The position numbers and the translations under genes were made by a program. DNA of 64,000 nt from Acidimicrobiia bacterium (GTDB lineage Bacteria; Actinomycetota; Acidimicrobiia; ATN3; PSLF01). The stretch covers positions 49,446 to 113,445 of the forward strand of contig PSLF01000005.1 of the NCBI GenBank assembly GCA_040289475.1, written 5' to 3'. Below are positions 9,182 through 18,487 of this stretch, in pieces. Below the pieces are notes generated by a model. It did not search any database. It worked only from the letters and a program-made list of their open reading frames with translations, and had not been told where the DNA came from. The stretch's first letter is position 1; each line of letters begins with the position of its first letter.

Positions 9182-10442
9182 CGAACAGTTCCTTGGCTAC
9201 ATGCAACCCTTTGACGAGGGCGTCGACATCCGCTTCGTCATTGTAGATGTAAAAACTTGCTCTCGTAGTCGCTTGTACCCCAAGATAACCCATGAGCGGC
9301 TTAGCGCAGTGGTGTCCTGCCCTCACGGCGACTCCCTCTTGATCGAGGATGGTAGCCAGATCGTGAGGGTGTATGTCGTAGAAGGAAAAGCTCACTGCAG
9401 CTCCGCGTCTCTCCGGAGAGCGAGGTCCATAGATCTGGATATTTTTACCATAGACGTCCTGGAGAGCTTCAAGGGCAGCGCCCACCATCTCGATTTCATG
9501 CTCCCTCACCCGCTCCATTCCCAGGTCGGTCAGGTAATCGACGGCTTCTCCCAAAGCGATGGCTTCAGCTATGGGTGGTGTTCCCGCCTCGAACTTGTGA
9601 GGTAGGGGAGCCCACTTAGCACCCTGGGTAGTGACGTCGGCAATCATCTCGCCGCCTCCTAAGAAAGGCGGCATCTCCTCGAGTAGTTCACGCCGCCCAT
9701 AGAGGATACCTACTCCGGTCGGGCCGCACATTTTGTGACCAGTTGCAACATAAAAGTCGCACCCTATAGCCGAGATATCCACTGGCATGTGGGGTGCAGC
9801 CTGGGCGCCGTCGACCACTGTAATCGCCCCTGATTCTTTCGCTCTCGAAACGAGGTCTCGGACTGGATTGATCGTTCCCAAGACATTGGATGCGTGCGTG
9901 CACCCGAATACCTTGACAGGACGACTGAGCTTTTTCTCGAAGTCTTCGAAGTCGATCTCACCTTCGGGCGTCAAGCCTACGAACTCCACGACGGCCCCGG
10001 TGCGCTCGGCAAGTAAAAACCACGGCACGATATTGGAGTGATGTTCCATGAGCGTTACAACTAGTCGGTCTCCTTCCTTCACGTTGGCAAGGCCGTAAGA
10101 GTAGGCAACTAGGTTTACTGCCTCGGAGGCGTTTTTGGTGAAAACGATGGAGCGCTGTGGCTCGGGTTCTGGTACGCGGAGGAACTTAGCCACTTTCTGT
10201 CGTGCGCGCTCGAACGCCTCGGTCGCTTCTTCAGCGAGTGTGTGCACACCTCGGTGGACGTTTGCATTGTGCAAGCAGTAGTAAGCATCGAGAGATTGGA
10301 TCACTCTAAGGGGTTTTTGAGAGGTGGCGGCGGAGTCAAGGTAAACGAGGTCTTTTCCGCTACGTACTTTTCTTGTGAGGATGGGGAAGTCCTGTCGAAG
10401 ATCCCTTCCGAAGCGACTTTCGGAAGCGGAGCGCTCGTTCAT
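9171..10442 (-). CDS. sufS: cysteine desulfurase SufS (class V aminotransferase)
   Basis: LDSAATSQKP, the PLP-lysine motif TGHKMCGPTGVGILYG, and the RAGHHCAKP active-site Cys loop. Confidence 0.92.
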   Translation of the reverse strand: MNERSASESRFGRDLRQDFPILTRKVRSGKDLVYLDSAATSQKPLRVIQSLDAYYCLHNANVHRGVHTLAEEATEAFERARQKVAKFLRVPEPEPQRSIVFTKNASEAVNLVAYSYGLANVKEGDRLVVTLMEHHSNIVPWFLLAERTGAVVEFVGLTPEGEIDFEDFEKKLSRPVKVFGCTHASNVLGTINPVRDLVSRAKESGAITVVDGAQAAPHMPVDISAIGCDFYVATGHKMCGPTGVGILYGRRELLEEMPPFLGGGEMIADVTTQGAKWAPLPHKFEAGTPPIAEAIALGEAVDYLTDLGMERVREHEIEMVGAALEALQDVYGKNIQIYGPRSPERRGAAVSFSFYDIHPHDLATILDQEGVAVRAGHHCAKPLMGYLGVQATTRASFYIYNDEADVDALVKGLHVAKELFGVA

Positions 10443-11296
10443 TGGGTCTTCCCCACAGCTGCCGAGAGAAAGCGTTCGTAGCCCTGCTGCTCTAATTCTT
10501 CTGCCAGCTCGGCAGCGCCGCTGGCAACTATCTGTCCGTCCACGAGCACGTGTACCTTGTCTGGCTTCAAGTACCTGAGAATCCTCTGGTAGTGCGTGAT
10601 CAAGAGAATGGCCATCTCGGGTCGGTGCGCTCTTACTTTTTCGATTCCCTCGGCGACTATGCGCAGTGCGTCTATGTCCAGGCCTGAGTCTGTCTCGTCT
10701 AGAATGGCCACGACAGGTTCCAATACGGCAAGCTGGAGAATTTCCGAGCGCTTTTTCTCACCGCCCGAAAAGCCTTCGTTCACATAGCGATCAGCGAATG
10801 ATGGGTCCATGTGAAGTTCTCTCAAGGCGTCCTGCAGCATCAAACGAAGTTCAAAGGCTGCGTAGTTCTTGCCGGTTCGTTGCGTGAGGGCAGCTTTTAG
10901 CATCTGCAGGATGGTTACACCGGGGATTTCTTCTGGGTACTGAAAGGCAAGAAACAGGCCGGCGCGGCCCCGCTCGTCGGGGCTCATCTCCGTGATGTCG
11001 GTACCTTGCAAGAATATTTTTCCGGCGGTTATGTGATATGAAGGCTTCCCGGCTATAGCGGAGGCGAGGGTGGACTTCCCTGATCCGTTGGGCCCCATTA
11101 TGGCGTGAAGCTCGCCAGGGTAGATAGCGAGTGACACCCCCTTGACAATCTGGCGGTCTTCGGTCGCCACCCACAGGTCTTTTACTTCAAGGGCGGGAGC
11201 CGGTTCGTTATTCATCGATTCAATGTCATGTCGCTGGCCGCTCATGGCAGTCTCAGCGTCTGGTTTTGCAGTGTTGTCCGAGTTTTCCATCGCCAC
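10439..11296 (-). CDS. sufC: Fe-S cluster assembly ATPase SufC
   Basis: Walker A GPNGSGKST, FSGGEKKRSEILQ signature, Walker B ILDETDSGLD. Overlaps sufS by 4 nt. Has an N-terminal extension of about 35 aa. Confidence 0.92.
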   Translation of the reverse strand: MAMENSDNTAKPDAETAMSGQRHDIESMNNEPAPALEVKDLWVATEDRQIVKGVSLAIYPGELHAIMGPNGSGKSTLASAIAGKPSYHITAGKIFLQGTDITEMSPDERGRAGLFLAFQYPEEIPGVTILQMLKAALTQRTGKNYAAFELRLMLQDALRELHMDPSFADRYVNEGFSGGEKKRSEILQLAVLEPVVAILDETDSGLDIDALRIVAEGIEKVRAHRPEMAILLITHYQRILRYLKPDKVHVLVDGQIVASGAAELAEELEQQGYERFLSAAVGKTQ

Positions 11297-11403
11297 CTTT
11301 TTTACTGGATCCTTCGTAATAATTCTATCGGTCCCTTGGTCACCCTAAAAGAGCGAATTGAAAAGAGACGCGGTCGGCGCGCCCGGATTCGAGAATCGTC
11401 TAG

Positions 11404-12018
11404 TTACCATCCTCGTTCTATCCACTCGTCTAGATGCGGCTTTTCAGCTCCGATAGTAGTGTCGAGTCCGTGGCCGGGCAGAACCAATGTCGTTTCCGGG
11501 AGCACAAACAGCGAGGTCTTGATCGACTCGATTATCGTCGCAAATGCGTCTCGGTTTCCCCACGTGTTTCCTGGCCCTCCGGGGAAAAGGGTGTCGCCAG
11601 AGAACAGAAGTCCCTCCGTTACGAAGCATGTGGAGCCGGGCGTGTGCCCGGGGGTATGCAAGGCTTTCAAAGATACGTTTCCGATCTCGAAAATTTGTTC
11701 GTGCTCTATGTAGAAATCGGGTCCAGAGGGGATCGAGGAGGCATCCGCTCGATGGATACCTACTGCTGCCCCTGTACGTTCGCGTACTTCGGTGACTGCT
11801 TGCACATGGTCATGGTGGCCGTGGGTCGTGAGAACGTATCGGAGGTCGAACTCTGATGCGACATCCAATATTCTTTCGGGCTCGTTGGCTGCGTCCACGA
11901 GTGCCGCAATCCCGGTTTTACGGCAAGCGAGAACGTATGAGTTGTTGTCGAATGGACCGACTACGATCTTGAATAAAATCCTGTTGGCGTCTTCGAAGTG
12001 CGGCAGTTTGTTAGGCAT
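11404..12018 (-). CDS. MBL-fold metallo-hydrolase (glyoxalase II-like)
   Basis: THGHHDH metal motif, then HTPGHTPGS and a downstream GD..F.GG motif. Confidence 0.85.
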   Translation of the reverse strand: MPNKLPHFEDANRILFKIVVGPFDNNSYVLACRKTGIAALVDAANEPERILDVASEFDLRYVLTTHGHHDHVQAVTEVRERTGAAVGIHRADASSIPSGPDFYIEHEQIFEIGNVSLKALHTPGHTPGSTCFVTEGLLFSGDTLFPGGPGNTWGNRDAFATIIESIKTSLFVLPETTLVLPGHGLDTTIGAEKPHLDEWIERGW

Positions 12019-12348
12019 AGAGACTCCCTCCCAGATCTTGACCGATCAGTCAATTGTGCGCGAGGTTAAATGTGTCGCGTTGTGAAGGTTGCGCGACATG
12101 TTTTATCCGGCCCGTTGTGGCTTTTTGAACTTCGCTATTTGGGAGTATGGCTGTTGTGGTGTCAAGATCTGAGCGTGTTTATCATGCACCTGTACTCTGC
12201 TAAGTAACCGAAGTGAAATTCAGGTAACAGAACCCCGGGCAACTGCCCTCGGCTTGGATTCTTGAGGAATCTTATTTATAGGAGCCGGAGTCAGCGGGTC
12301 GAGGTAGCGAAAAGGTGTGTGACATAGAAACTTTGAGGAGTCGAGGAA

Positions 12349-13587
12349 ATGGATTTCGACTACGGCGAAAGAGCAGAGGCGTTCCGCCAGGAAGTAAGAG
12401 ACTGGCTGGAGAAGAACCTTCCCAAAGAAAAGACTGGTGATGAACTCAGAATTATTCTCCAGGGCGACGACCGGGAAAGCTTCCTCAGGGAGTGGGACGC
12501 CAAATTGCGGGATGCCGGGTACGTCGGTATTGCCTGGCCCAAAGAGTACGGGGGAAGAGGGCTGTCCACTCTTGAGCTGCTGGTATTCAACGAGGAGATG
12601 GTGAGGGCTCGTGCTCCTCAGCGACTTAACTTCTTCGGCGAAGGTCTTGTGGGGCCCACGATCATCCAGTGGGGAACTGAAGCACAAAAGAAGTACTTCC
12701 TGCCCCGTATACTTTCGGGCGAACACATCTGGTGTCAGGGGTTCTCCGAGCCAAACGCAGGATCCGATCTAGCTTCTCTTCAGACTCGCGCCATGCTCGA
12801 CGGTGGCGAGTGGGTCATCACTGGTCAGAAGGTATGGACGACCATGGCACAGTATGCCAATTGGTGCTTCGTACTGGCTCGCACCGATCCTGACGCTCCA
12901 AAGCGCAAAGGCATCTCTTATCTGCTCGTCCCGATGGATCAAGAAGGTATCGAGGTGCGTCCACTCAAGCAGCTCACGGGAACTGCCGAGTTCAACGAGG
13001 TCTTTTTCGACGGAGCTCGCACCCACGTAGACAACGTCGTGGGTGGTGTCAACAACGGCTGGACAGTAGCGATGACGACGCTCGGTTTCGAACGAGGCGG
13101 CACAGCGACGACGAGCTATTTGCGTTTTTCAAGAGAGCTTCGCCGCATTGTGGAGCTGGCTCGAGAACGTGGAAAGCTCGGCGACCTAAATTTGCGCCAG
13201 CGTATTGCCCAGCACCACATTGAGGTCGAGATAATGAGGTACTCTGGGTACCGTTCTCTAACCAACGTGCTTGCCGGAAAACCTCCCGGACCGGAGTCTT
13301 CGATCTCTAAGCTCTTCTGGAGCGAGTACCACAGGCGGGCCATGGAGACGATGATGTCCATCCGGGGTCTCGAAGGGCAGGTGGTCGGGGAAAACTACAC
13401 CCTTGATGCTTTCCAGCAGGCGTACTTGTTCAGTCTTTCCGAGACCATTTACGCAGGTACCAGTGAGATTCAGCGGAACATTATTGGGGAGCGCATACTA
13501 GGTCTTGCGAGGGAGCCTCGGGTCGAAGAAGACAAGGATAAGAAGGCGTCCCCTTCCAGGATGGCCGAGCCAGCAGGGGTCAGGTAA
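12349..13587 (+). CDS. acyl-CoA dehydrogenase, catalytic (alpha-type) subunit of a probable heteromeric pair
   Basis: ACAD N, middle and C domains (WCQGFSEPNAGSD). A Glu sits in TTLGFERGG (the IVD/FadE26-type base position), while the MCAD position reads YAGT. Confidence 0.85.
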   Translation: MDFDYGERAEAFRQEVRDWLEKNLPKEKTGDELRIILQGDDRESFLREWDAKLRDAGYVGIAWPKEYGGRGLSTLELLVFNEEMVRARAPQRLNFFGEGLVGPTIIQWGTEAQKKYFLPRILSGEHIWCQGFSEPNAGSDLASLQTRAMLDGGEWVITGQKVWTTMAQYANWCFVLARTDPDAPKRKGISYLLVPMDQEGIEVRPLKQLTGTAEFNEVFFDGARTHVDNVVGGVNNGWTVAMTTLGFERGGTATTSYLRFSRELRRIVELARERGKLGDLNLRQRIAQHHIEVEIMRYSGYRSLTNVLAGKPPGPESSISKLFWSEYHRRAMETMMSIRGLEGQVVGENYTLDAFQQAYLFSLSETIYAGTSEIQRNIIGERILGLAREPRVEEDKDKKASPSRMAEPAGVR

Positions 13588-13740
13588 TCGATTCGACTCC
13601 GTGAGTCCTTGATGCGATTTTTCGGACGCAATTACTTAGGGTCAAGTGTGACATTGCTGGGCCAGAGCGGGTAGCGTTGTTGCACTCTCCAGCAGAAGCA
13701 CAACTTTGATGTCGGCAGACCGAGCGAGGGAGGCACGTAA

Positions 13741-14880
13741 ATGAACTTCGCCTTCAGCGAAGAGCAAGAAGAACTGAGAAAGTCAGCGCGTCGATTCTGC
13801 GAAGAGCAGTTCTCTTCGCAGGTGGTCCGCAGGATTATGGAGACCAATACCGGCCTTGACGAAGAGCTTTGGAGGCGAATGGCCCAGGAGTTGGGCTGGC
13901 AGGGAATGATAATTCCCGAGCAGTACGGAGGGTATGGGTTTGGCCAGATTGAACTTATAGTCCTCATGGAAGAAATGGGTCGTGCGGTGCTCGCTGCTCC
14001 CTTTTTCTCCACGGTGTGTCTCGCTGCCAACGCTCTCCTCGTTGCTGGTACAGAGGAACAAAAACAGGCTTTATTGCCCGGAATTGCTGATGGGTCGCGC
14101 ATCGCGACGCTCGCGCTGACCGAAGAGTCCGGCCGATGGGATGCAGGGGGCATTCAGGCTACGTACACATCCTCAGGTGGTGATTTCGTCGTAAACGGAA
14201 AAAAGACCTACGTTCTCGATGGGCACACAGCAGACACCATTGTTGTCGCGGCTCGCAAAGAAGGGACCTCGGGCGAGGAAGGGATCTCTTTGTTTGTCGT
14301 CGATGCGAACTCGGAGGGCATTACCAGGAGACCGCTGGCGACGATGGATCAAACCCGGAAGATGGCCGAGGTTAGTTTTGACGCGGTAAAGGTTCCGGCC
14401 TCTGGATTGATGGGTGAAGAAGGGGAGGGCTGGACCGCCCTATCGAAGGTTCTCGACCTGGCTGCAGTGGCGCTGGCGGCGGAGCAAGTCGGAGGCGCGC
14501 AAAAGTGCCTCGAGATGAGTACGGAATATGCGAAAGTACGCGTGCAGTTCGGACGTCCGATCGGCTCTTTTCAGGCAATAAAACACAAGTGCGCGGACAT
14601 GCTCGTCGCGGTCGAGTCGGCAAAGTCAGCTGCGTACTATGCCGGGTGGGCTGCTTCCGAAGACAACGAAGAGCTTCCCGTGGTAGCTCCGTTGGCCAAG
14701 GCCTACTGCTCGGAAGCTTACTTCCACTGTGCGGCCGAGAATATTCAGATCCATGGGGGGATCGGATTCACTTGGGAGCACGATGCACACCTCTATTTCA
14801 AGAGGGCAAAATCCAGCGAACTGTTGCTGGGAGACCCGGCGTATCATCGAGAGCTTTTGGCTCAGCGCCTCGGATTGTGA
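13741..14880 (+). CDS. acyl-CoA dehydrogenase family protein, probable non-catalytic (beta-type) partner
   Basis: ACAD fold with IQIHGGIGFTWEHDAHLYFKRA. No Glu is present at either known catalytic-base position (LDLAAVAL, and no YEGT). Confidence 0.8.
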   Translation: MNFAFSEEQEELRKSARRFCEEQFSSQVVRRIMETNTGLDEELWRRMAQELGWQGMIIPEQYGGYGFGQIELIVLMEEMGRAVLAAPFFSTVCLAANALLVAGTEEQKQALLPGIADGSRIATLALTEESGRWDAGGIQATYTSSGGDFVVNGKKTYVLDGHTADTIVVAARKEGTSGEEGISLFVVDANSEGITRRPLATMDQTRKMAEVSFDAVKVPASGLMGEEGEGWTALSKVLDLAAVALAAEQVGGAQKCLEMSTEYAKVRVQFGRPIGSFQAIKHKCADMLVAVESAKSAAYYAGWAASEDNEELPVVAPLAKAYCSEAYFHCAAENIQIHGGIGFTWEHDAHLYFKRAKSSELLLGDPAYHRELLAQRLGL

Positions 14881-14936
14881 CGCCTTGGAAAGACTGCTGC
14901 GTCAGATGCGGTGCGCCATCTCTGGGGTGATCTACC

Positions 14937-15383
14937 GTGGCTTTTGTTTTCGCTGTAGTTGCATTGGTGGTCGTTCTAGGAGTAGCGGCCTACTTTGTTG
15001 CGAGAGAGCAATCGCTGCCTTCAAAGCACGAGGTAGCTAAGGAGTTCGATCCCGAGCAGTGTGCTCTTGAGATATTCGAAGCGCTGTCAGCCGAGGGCAA
15101 GGAGCGCCTTGGATTATCGGGCGCAAGAGAGATCGTTTCATGGGTTTTTGACTACATGAAGCTTGCTGGTGCGGTGGCTAACGGTGATGACAGTGTCCCA
15201 GGGCCTCGTACGACAGTGGTCTTAGGAAGCGCAACCTCTGTTCAGTACATCGTAGAGCGCGCCGACGGCGCAGGTTTGGAGGTATCGTCATCCGACGCCC
15301 TGGCGGCGGTTGGAGCCACGATCGAGTACCTTTCAAGGATTGGAGCGATCGGTCCTTCGGTCAGTGAAAAGGAGGTTGGATGA
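14937..15383 (+). CDS. hypothetical protein with N-terminal TM anchor
   Basis: GTG start, AFVFAVVALVVVLGVAAYFVA helix, and a 4-nt ATGA overlap with the thiolase gene. Confidence 0.5.
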   Translation: MAFVFAVVALVVVLGVAAYFVAREQSLPSKHEVAKEFDPEQCALEIFEALSAEGKERLGLSGAREIVSWVFDYMKLAGAVANGDDSVPGPRTTVVLGSATSVQYIVERADGAGLEVSSSDALAAVGATIEYLSRIGAIGPSVSEKEVG

Positions 15384-16540
15384 GAGAAGTCTTTCTCGTG
15401 GAGGCTGCGCGGACCCCTGTGGGGAGAAGAAACGGCAAGCTCAAGGACATTCACGCGATCGACCTGGCTGCAAGGGCTCTTAAAGCAGTGGTGGATAGAT
15501 CCGGCGTAGACCCAGCGCAGGTTGAAGACGTTGTTATGGGATGCGTAATGCAGGTCGGGGAACAGGCCCTGAACATCGGAAGAACAGCCTGGCTTCACGC
15601 GGGCTATCCGGTCGAGACGCCTGCGACGACCGTCGACCGCCAGTGTGGCTCCGGCCAACAAGCTCTTCACTTCGCCGCTAATCTAGTTCAAGCCGGTGTG
15701 TGCGATCTGGTGATCGCGGCCGGTGTCGAGTCAATGACACGGGTCCCTATGGGAAGCACTGCTCGGGTGGAGGGGGTAGGCAAACCCTCCACATCCGAGA
15801 TCAAGAAAAGGTTCCATCTGGTTCCGCAGGGTATCTCCGCGGAGATGATCGCAGAGAAGTGGGGGATCACTCGCGAGGAGTGTGACGAGTTCGCCTACGA
15901 ATCCCATATGAAGGCTGCCAGAGCCACCCAGCAAGGGCTTTTCGATAGAGAGATGATCCCAATGGAGATCCAAGCCGAAGACGGAACCACCGAGGTATTC
16001 GCACTCGACGAGGGCATCAGGCCCGACACGTCTTTGGAGGCTCTCGCTACTCTCAAACCCGCATTCATGGAGGGTGGCATTGTCACCGCTGGCAATTCCA
16101 GTCAGATCTCCGACGGCGCGGCGGCTGTAATGCTCGCATCCGAGGATAAAGTCAACGAGCTGGGCCTCGAGCCAAAAGCCCGTATCGTGGCGCAAGCCGT
16201 AGTTGGCGTCGATCCGGTTCTTATGCTGACAGGTCCTATTCCTGCCACCGACAAGGTATTGGAAAAGGCGGGTTTGCGGTTGGAAGACATTGACCTAATT
16301 GAAATAAATGAGGCATTCGCGACCGTGGTTCTTGCGTGGAAGCGTGAACACAACCCGGATATGTCAAAGGTGAATGTCAAAGGAGGGGCGATAGCTATAG
16401 GACACCCCTTGGGATCGACAGGTGCGAGGTTGGCCACCACCCTGGTGTACTCGCTACAAGAGAGCGGAGGAAGGTATGGGCTGGAGACGATGTGCTGTGG
16501 TGGTGGCTTAGGAACCGCCACGATCTTCGAGCGGGTGTGA
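15380..16540 (+). CDS. acetyl-CoA C-acyltransferase (thiolase)
   Basis: VDRQCGSGQQA (active-site Cys), NEAFA, GHPLGSTGARL and the CCGGGLG C-terminal Cys motif. Confidence 0.92.
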   Translation: MREVFLVEAARTPVGRRNGKLKDIHAIDLAARALKAVVDRSGVDPAQVEDVVMGCVMQVGEQALNIGRTAWLHAGYPVETPATTVDRQCGSGQQALHFAANLVQAGVCDLVIAAGVESMTRVPMGSTARVEGVGKPSTSEIKKRFHLVPQGISAEMIAEKWGITREECDEFAYESHMKAARATQQGLFDREMIPMEIQAEDGTTEVFALDEGIRPDTSLEALATLKPAFMEGGIVTAGNSSQISDGAAAVMLASEDKVNELGLEPKARIVAQAVVGVDPVLMLTGPIPATDKVLEKAGLRLEDIDLIEINEAFATVVLAWKREHNPDMSKVNVKGGAIAIGHPLGSTGARLATTLVYSLQESGGRYGLETMCCGGGLGTATIFERV

Positions 16541-16550
16541 GCATTAGGAG

Positions 16551-16775
16551 TTGTGGACCGAGATGGCTGGAGTGAAGCGGCCTTTCGAAGAACACCGAAT
16601 CGTGGGGGACAAGCGATCCATGCTCTATCACGACCTGGCCGCAGAGACCGAGGGGTGTCGCATAGACGAGATAGTAGCTGCCGAGGCGGTCGCCCTCTTC
16701 GGCCCGGACCATGCTTCAGAGGCCCGCAATCGGGGCTATTCGCCGTGTCCCCACTGCAACTCTAAGCTGGAATGA
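16551..16775 (+). CDS. small Ada-type metal-binding-domain-like protein
   Basis: The pattern LYHD...C-x23-ARNRGYSPCPHC resembles the Ada Zn-binding domain (GY-x-PC-x2-C). ATGA-coupled to the amidohydrolase. The start could instead be the ATG at 16563. Confidence 0.4.
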   Translation: MWTEMAGVKRPFEEHRIVGDKRSMLYHDLAAETEGCRIDEIVAAEAVALFGPDHASEARNRGYSPCPHCNSKLE

Positions 16776-17632
16776 AGGCAATCGACTTCCACGTTCATCC
16801 CTCTACTCGGGAGTATCTGGAGTTAGCGCTCGGTCCTTTTTTCGAACAGACCCAGAAGTTTTTCAAGGCTCGCATTGCTGTCCGTACTGAAGAGGAGATG
16901 GTGGCCGAGCTGGAAGCAGAGGGAGTTTTCGGTGTGCTTCTAGCCTGGGATGCCGAAACCTACACAGGGCTCCCACCCGTGAGCAACGACTATGTAGCTT
17001 CTGTCGTTCGGCGTTTTCCCGAGAGATTTGTGGGGTTTGCCTCGGTCGATCCCCACAAGGGCCACGCCGCGGTCGAAGAACTAGAACGAGCTGTTCGCGA
17101 ACTTGGTTTGGTCGGGCTCAAGCTACATCCAGTGGCACAGAACTTCAGGCCTGACGACGACAGGTTCTATCCGCTTTTTGCAAAAGCAGCGGAACTCGGA
17201 ATCCCAGTGCTGATTCATACCGGCAACACTGGGTTGGGAGCGGGAACTCCGGGTGGAATGGGGATGAAGTTAGAGCGAGCTCGCCCCATCTACCTAGACA
17301 CCCTGGCTGCTGAGTTTCCCGAGCTCACGATCGTGGGAGCTCATCCGTCGTGGCCATGGCAAGACGAGATGATTATGATCGCATTGCACAAAAGCAACGT
17401 TTATATCGACCTTTCCGGTTGGTCCCCAAAGTACTTTCCCGAGGCACTTGTGCGCGAGATGAAAGGCCGGTTGCAGGACAAAGTTCTCTTCGGTACCGAC
17501 TATCCCTTTATAACGCACGCAAAGTGGTTCGAGGCATTCGAATCATTGGGAGTTGAGGAAAAAGTTGCTCGCAAGATCTTGATAGGCAACGCCTGCAAGC
17601 TTTTAGGGTTGGACTTGGAGAGTTTTTCGTAG
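16772..17632 (+). CDS. amidohydrolase-2 family (ACMSD-like) metal-dependent hydrolase
   Basis: IDFHVHP N-terminal metal motif, GLKLHP, VLIHTG and the GTDYPF C-terminal Asp motif. Confidence 0.85.
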   Translation: MKAIDFHVHPSTREYLELALGPFFEQTQKFFKARIAVRTEEEMVAELEAEGVFGVLLAWDAETYTGLPPVSNDYVASVVRRFPERFVGFASVDPHKGHAAVEELERAVRELGLVGLKLHPVAQNFRPDDDRFYPLFAKAAELGIPVLIHTGNTGLGAGTPGGMGMKLERARPIYLDTLAAEFPELTIVGAHPSWPWQDEMIMIALHKSNVYIDLSGWSPKYFPEALVREMKGRLQDKVLFGTDYPFITHAKWFEAFESLGVEEKVARKILIGNACKLLGLDLESFS

Positions 17633-18415
17633 TGCCTCGAGTTTTGCCCCAAAGGCCGTGTCAGAGAGAGCGGGCTCGGCTTCCAAGGAGATATCGCCAG
17701 GAAGTTCAATATCTATCCAGGATTTGCAGCCCCCGTAAGACTCCAGGTACGGAACGCATATAGGTTTTTGGAGCGCATATGCTCTTAACGCTATGACCAG
17801 AAGTGGCTGTCGTGGCTTCCATCTCAGACGCTCTTGTACGTAAGACTTTTGCCAAATGTGCATCGAATCTAGAGCGTCCAGAGCGCGCGCCTCTGTTATC
17901 TCGAAGACATCGACCACCTCACAGTAACTTTCCAGACGCACTGTGTCACCAGAGTCATTGGGTTCGTTGCTTATAGCGATACTGTGCGTCACCTCGGGTG
18001 CACTCGTGGGGCTAGGTGAGGTACCAGAGGCTGAACTGTCGGGTAATCGGGTAATCCTTCGGCGGTATGCAGGTTTGATGTGTTCTGGCGCTTGGTGTTC
18101 GTAGGTCGGGAACAGAAGAAACTGGGGATGCCGTACGGCAAAGCGACGGCCTTCTTCCTTGATCCCACCCTTGCGGATTGTCAGGATTTGCTCGCCCTCT
18201 AGAATCGATGCACACACGACGGCCCATTCTTTGAGAGCTGGGAATGCCTCGATAATTGGTTTATTGATTTCAAGACTGCTGCCCCCGTCCTTACGTCCGA
18301 AGTTGGTGTAGCTCTCTGCCGTGTTGGTCACGTCTCCCTCCTCGCTACTGCTCTGGTCTAGGTTCACCTGACGATACAGCGACTCAAGTGCCGATAGGAT
18401 CAGTAAATCCGGCAT
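17603..18415 (-). CDS. DUF1802-like protein (function unknown)
   Basis: ALKEWAVVCASILEGEQILTIRKGGIKEEGRRF...FLLFPTYEHQ matches my recollection of DUF1802. The start is trimmed to the ATG at 18415 to avoid overlap with the divergent gene. Confidence 0.5.
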   Translation of the reverse strand: MPDLLILSALESLYRQVNLDQSSSEEGDVTNTAESYTNFGRKDGGSSLEINKPIIEAFPALKEWAVVCASILEGEQILTIRKGGIKEEGRRFAVRHPQFLLFPTYEHQAPEHIKPAYRRRITRLPDSSASGTSPSPTSAPEVTHSIAISNEPNDSGDTVRLESYCEVVDVFEITEARALDALDSMHIWQKSYVQERLRWKPRQPLLVIALRAYALQKPICVPYLESYGGCKSWIDIELPGDISLEAEPALSDTAFGAKLEALRKTLQVQP

Positions 18416-18487
18416 GCTTGTATCTCGACACAGTTGACTTTTATTAGAGCGCTCGCCTTGAGGCTCAAAAACTAGGCTTTTGGAGAT

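Noticed and set aside
12220-12726. 168-aa minus-strand ORF overlapping the 5' end of the first ACAD
   Set aside because: It overlaps a confidently called ACAD, has no motif, and has a proline/serine-rich junk-like composition.
13632-14153. 173-aa minus-strand ORF over the start of the second ACAD
   Set aside because: It is antisense to a well-supported gene. The translation is Ser/Arg/Cys-rich and low in information.
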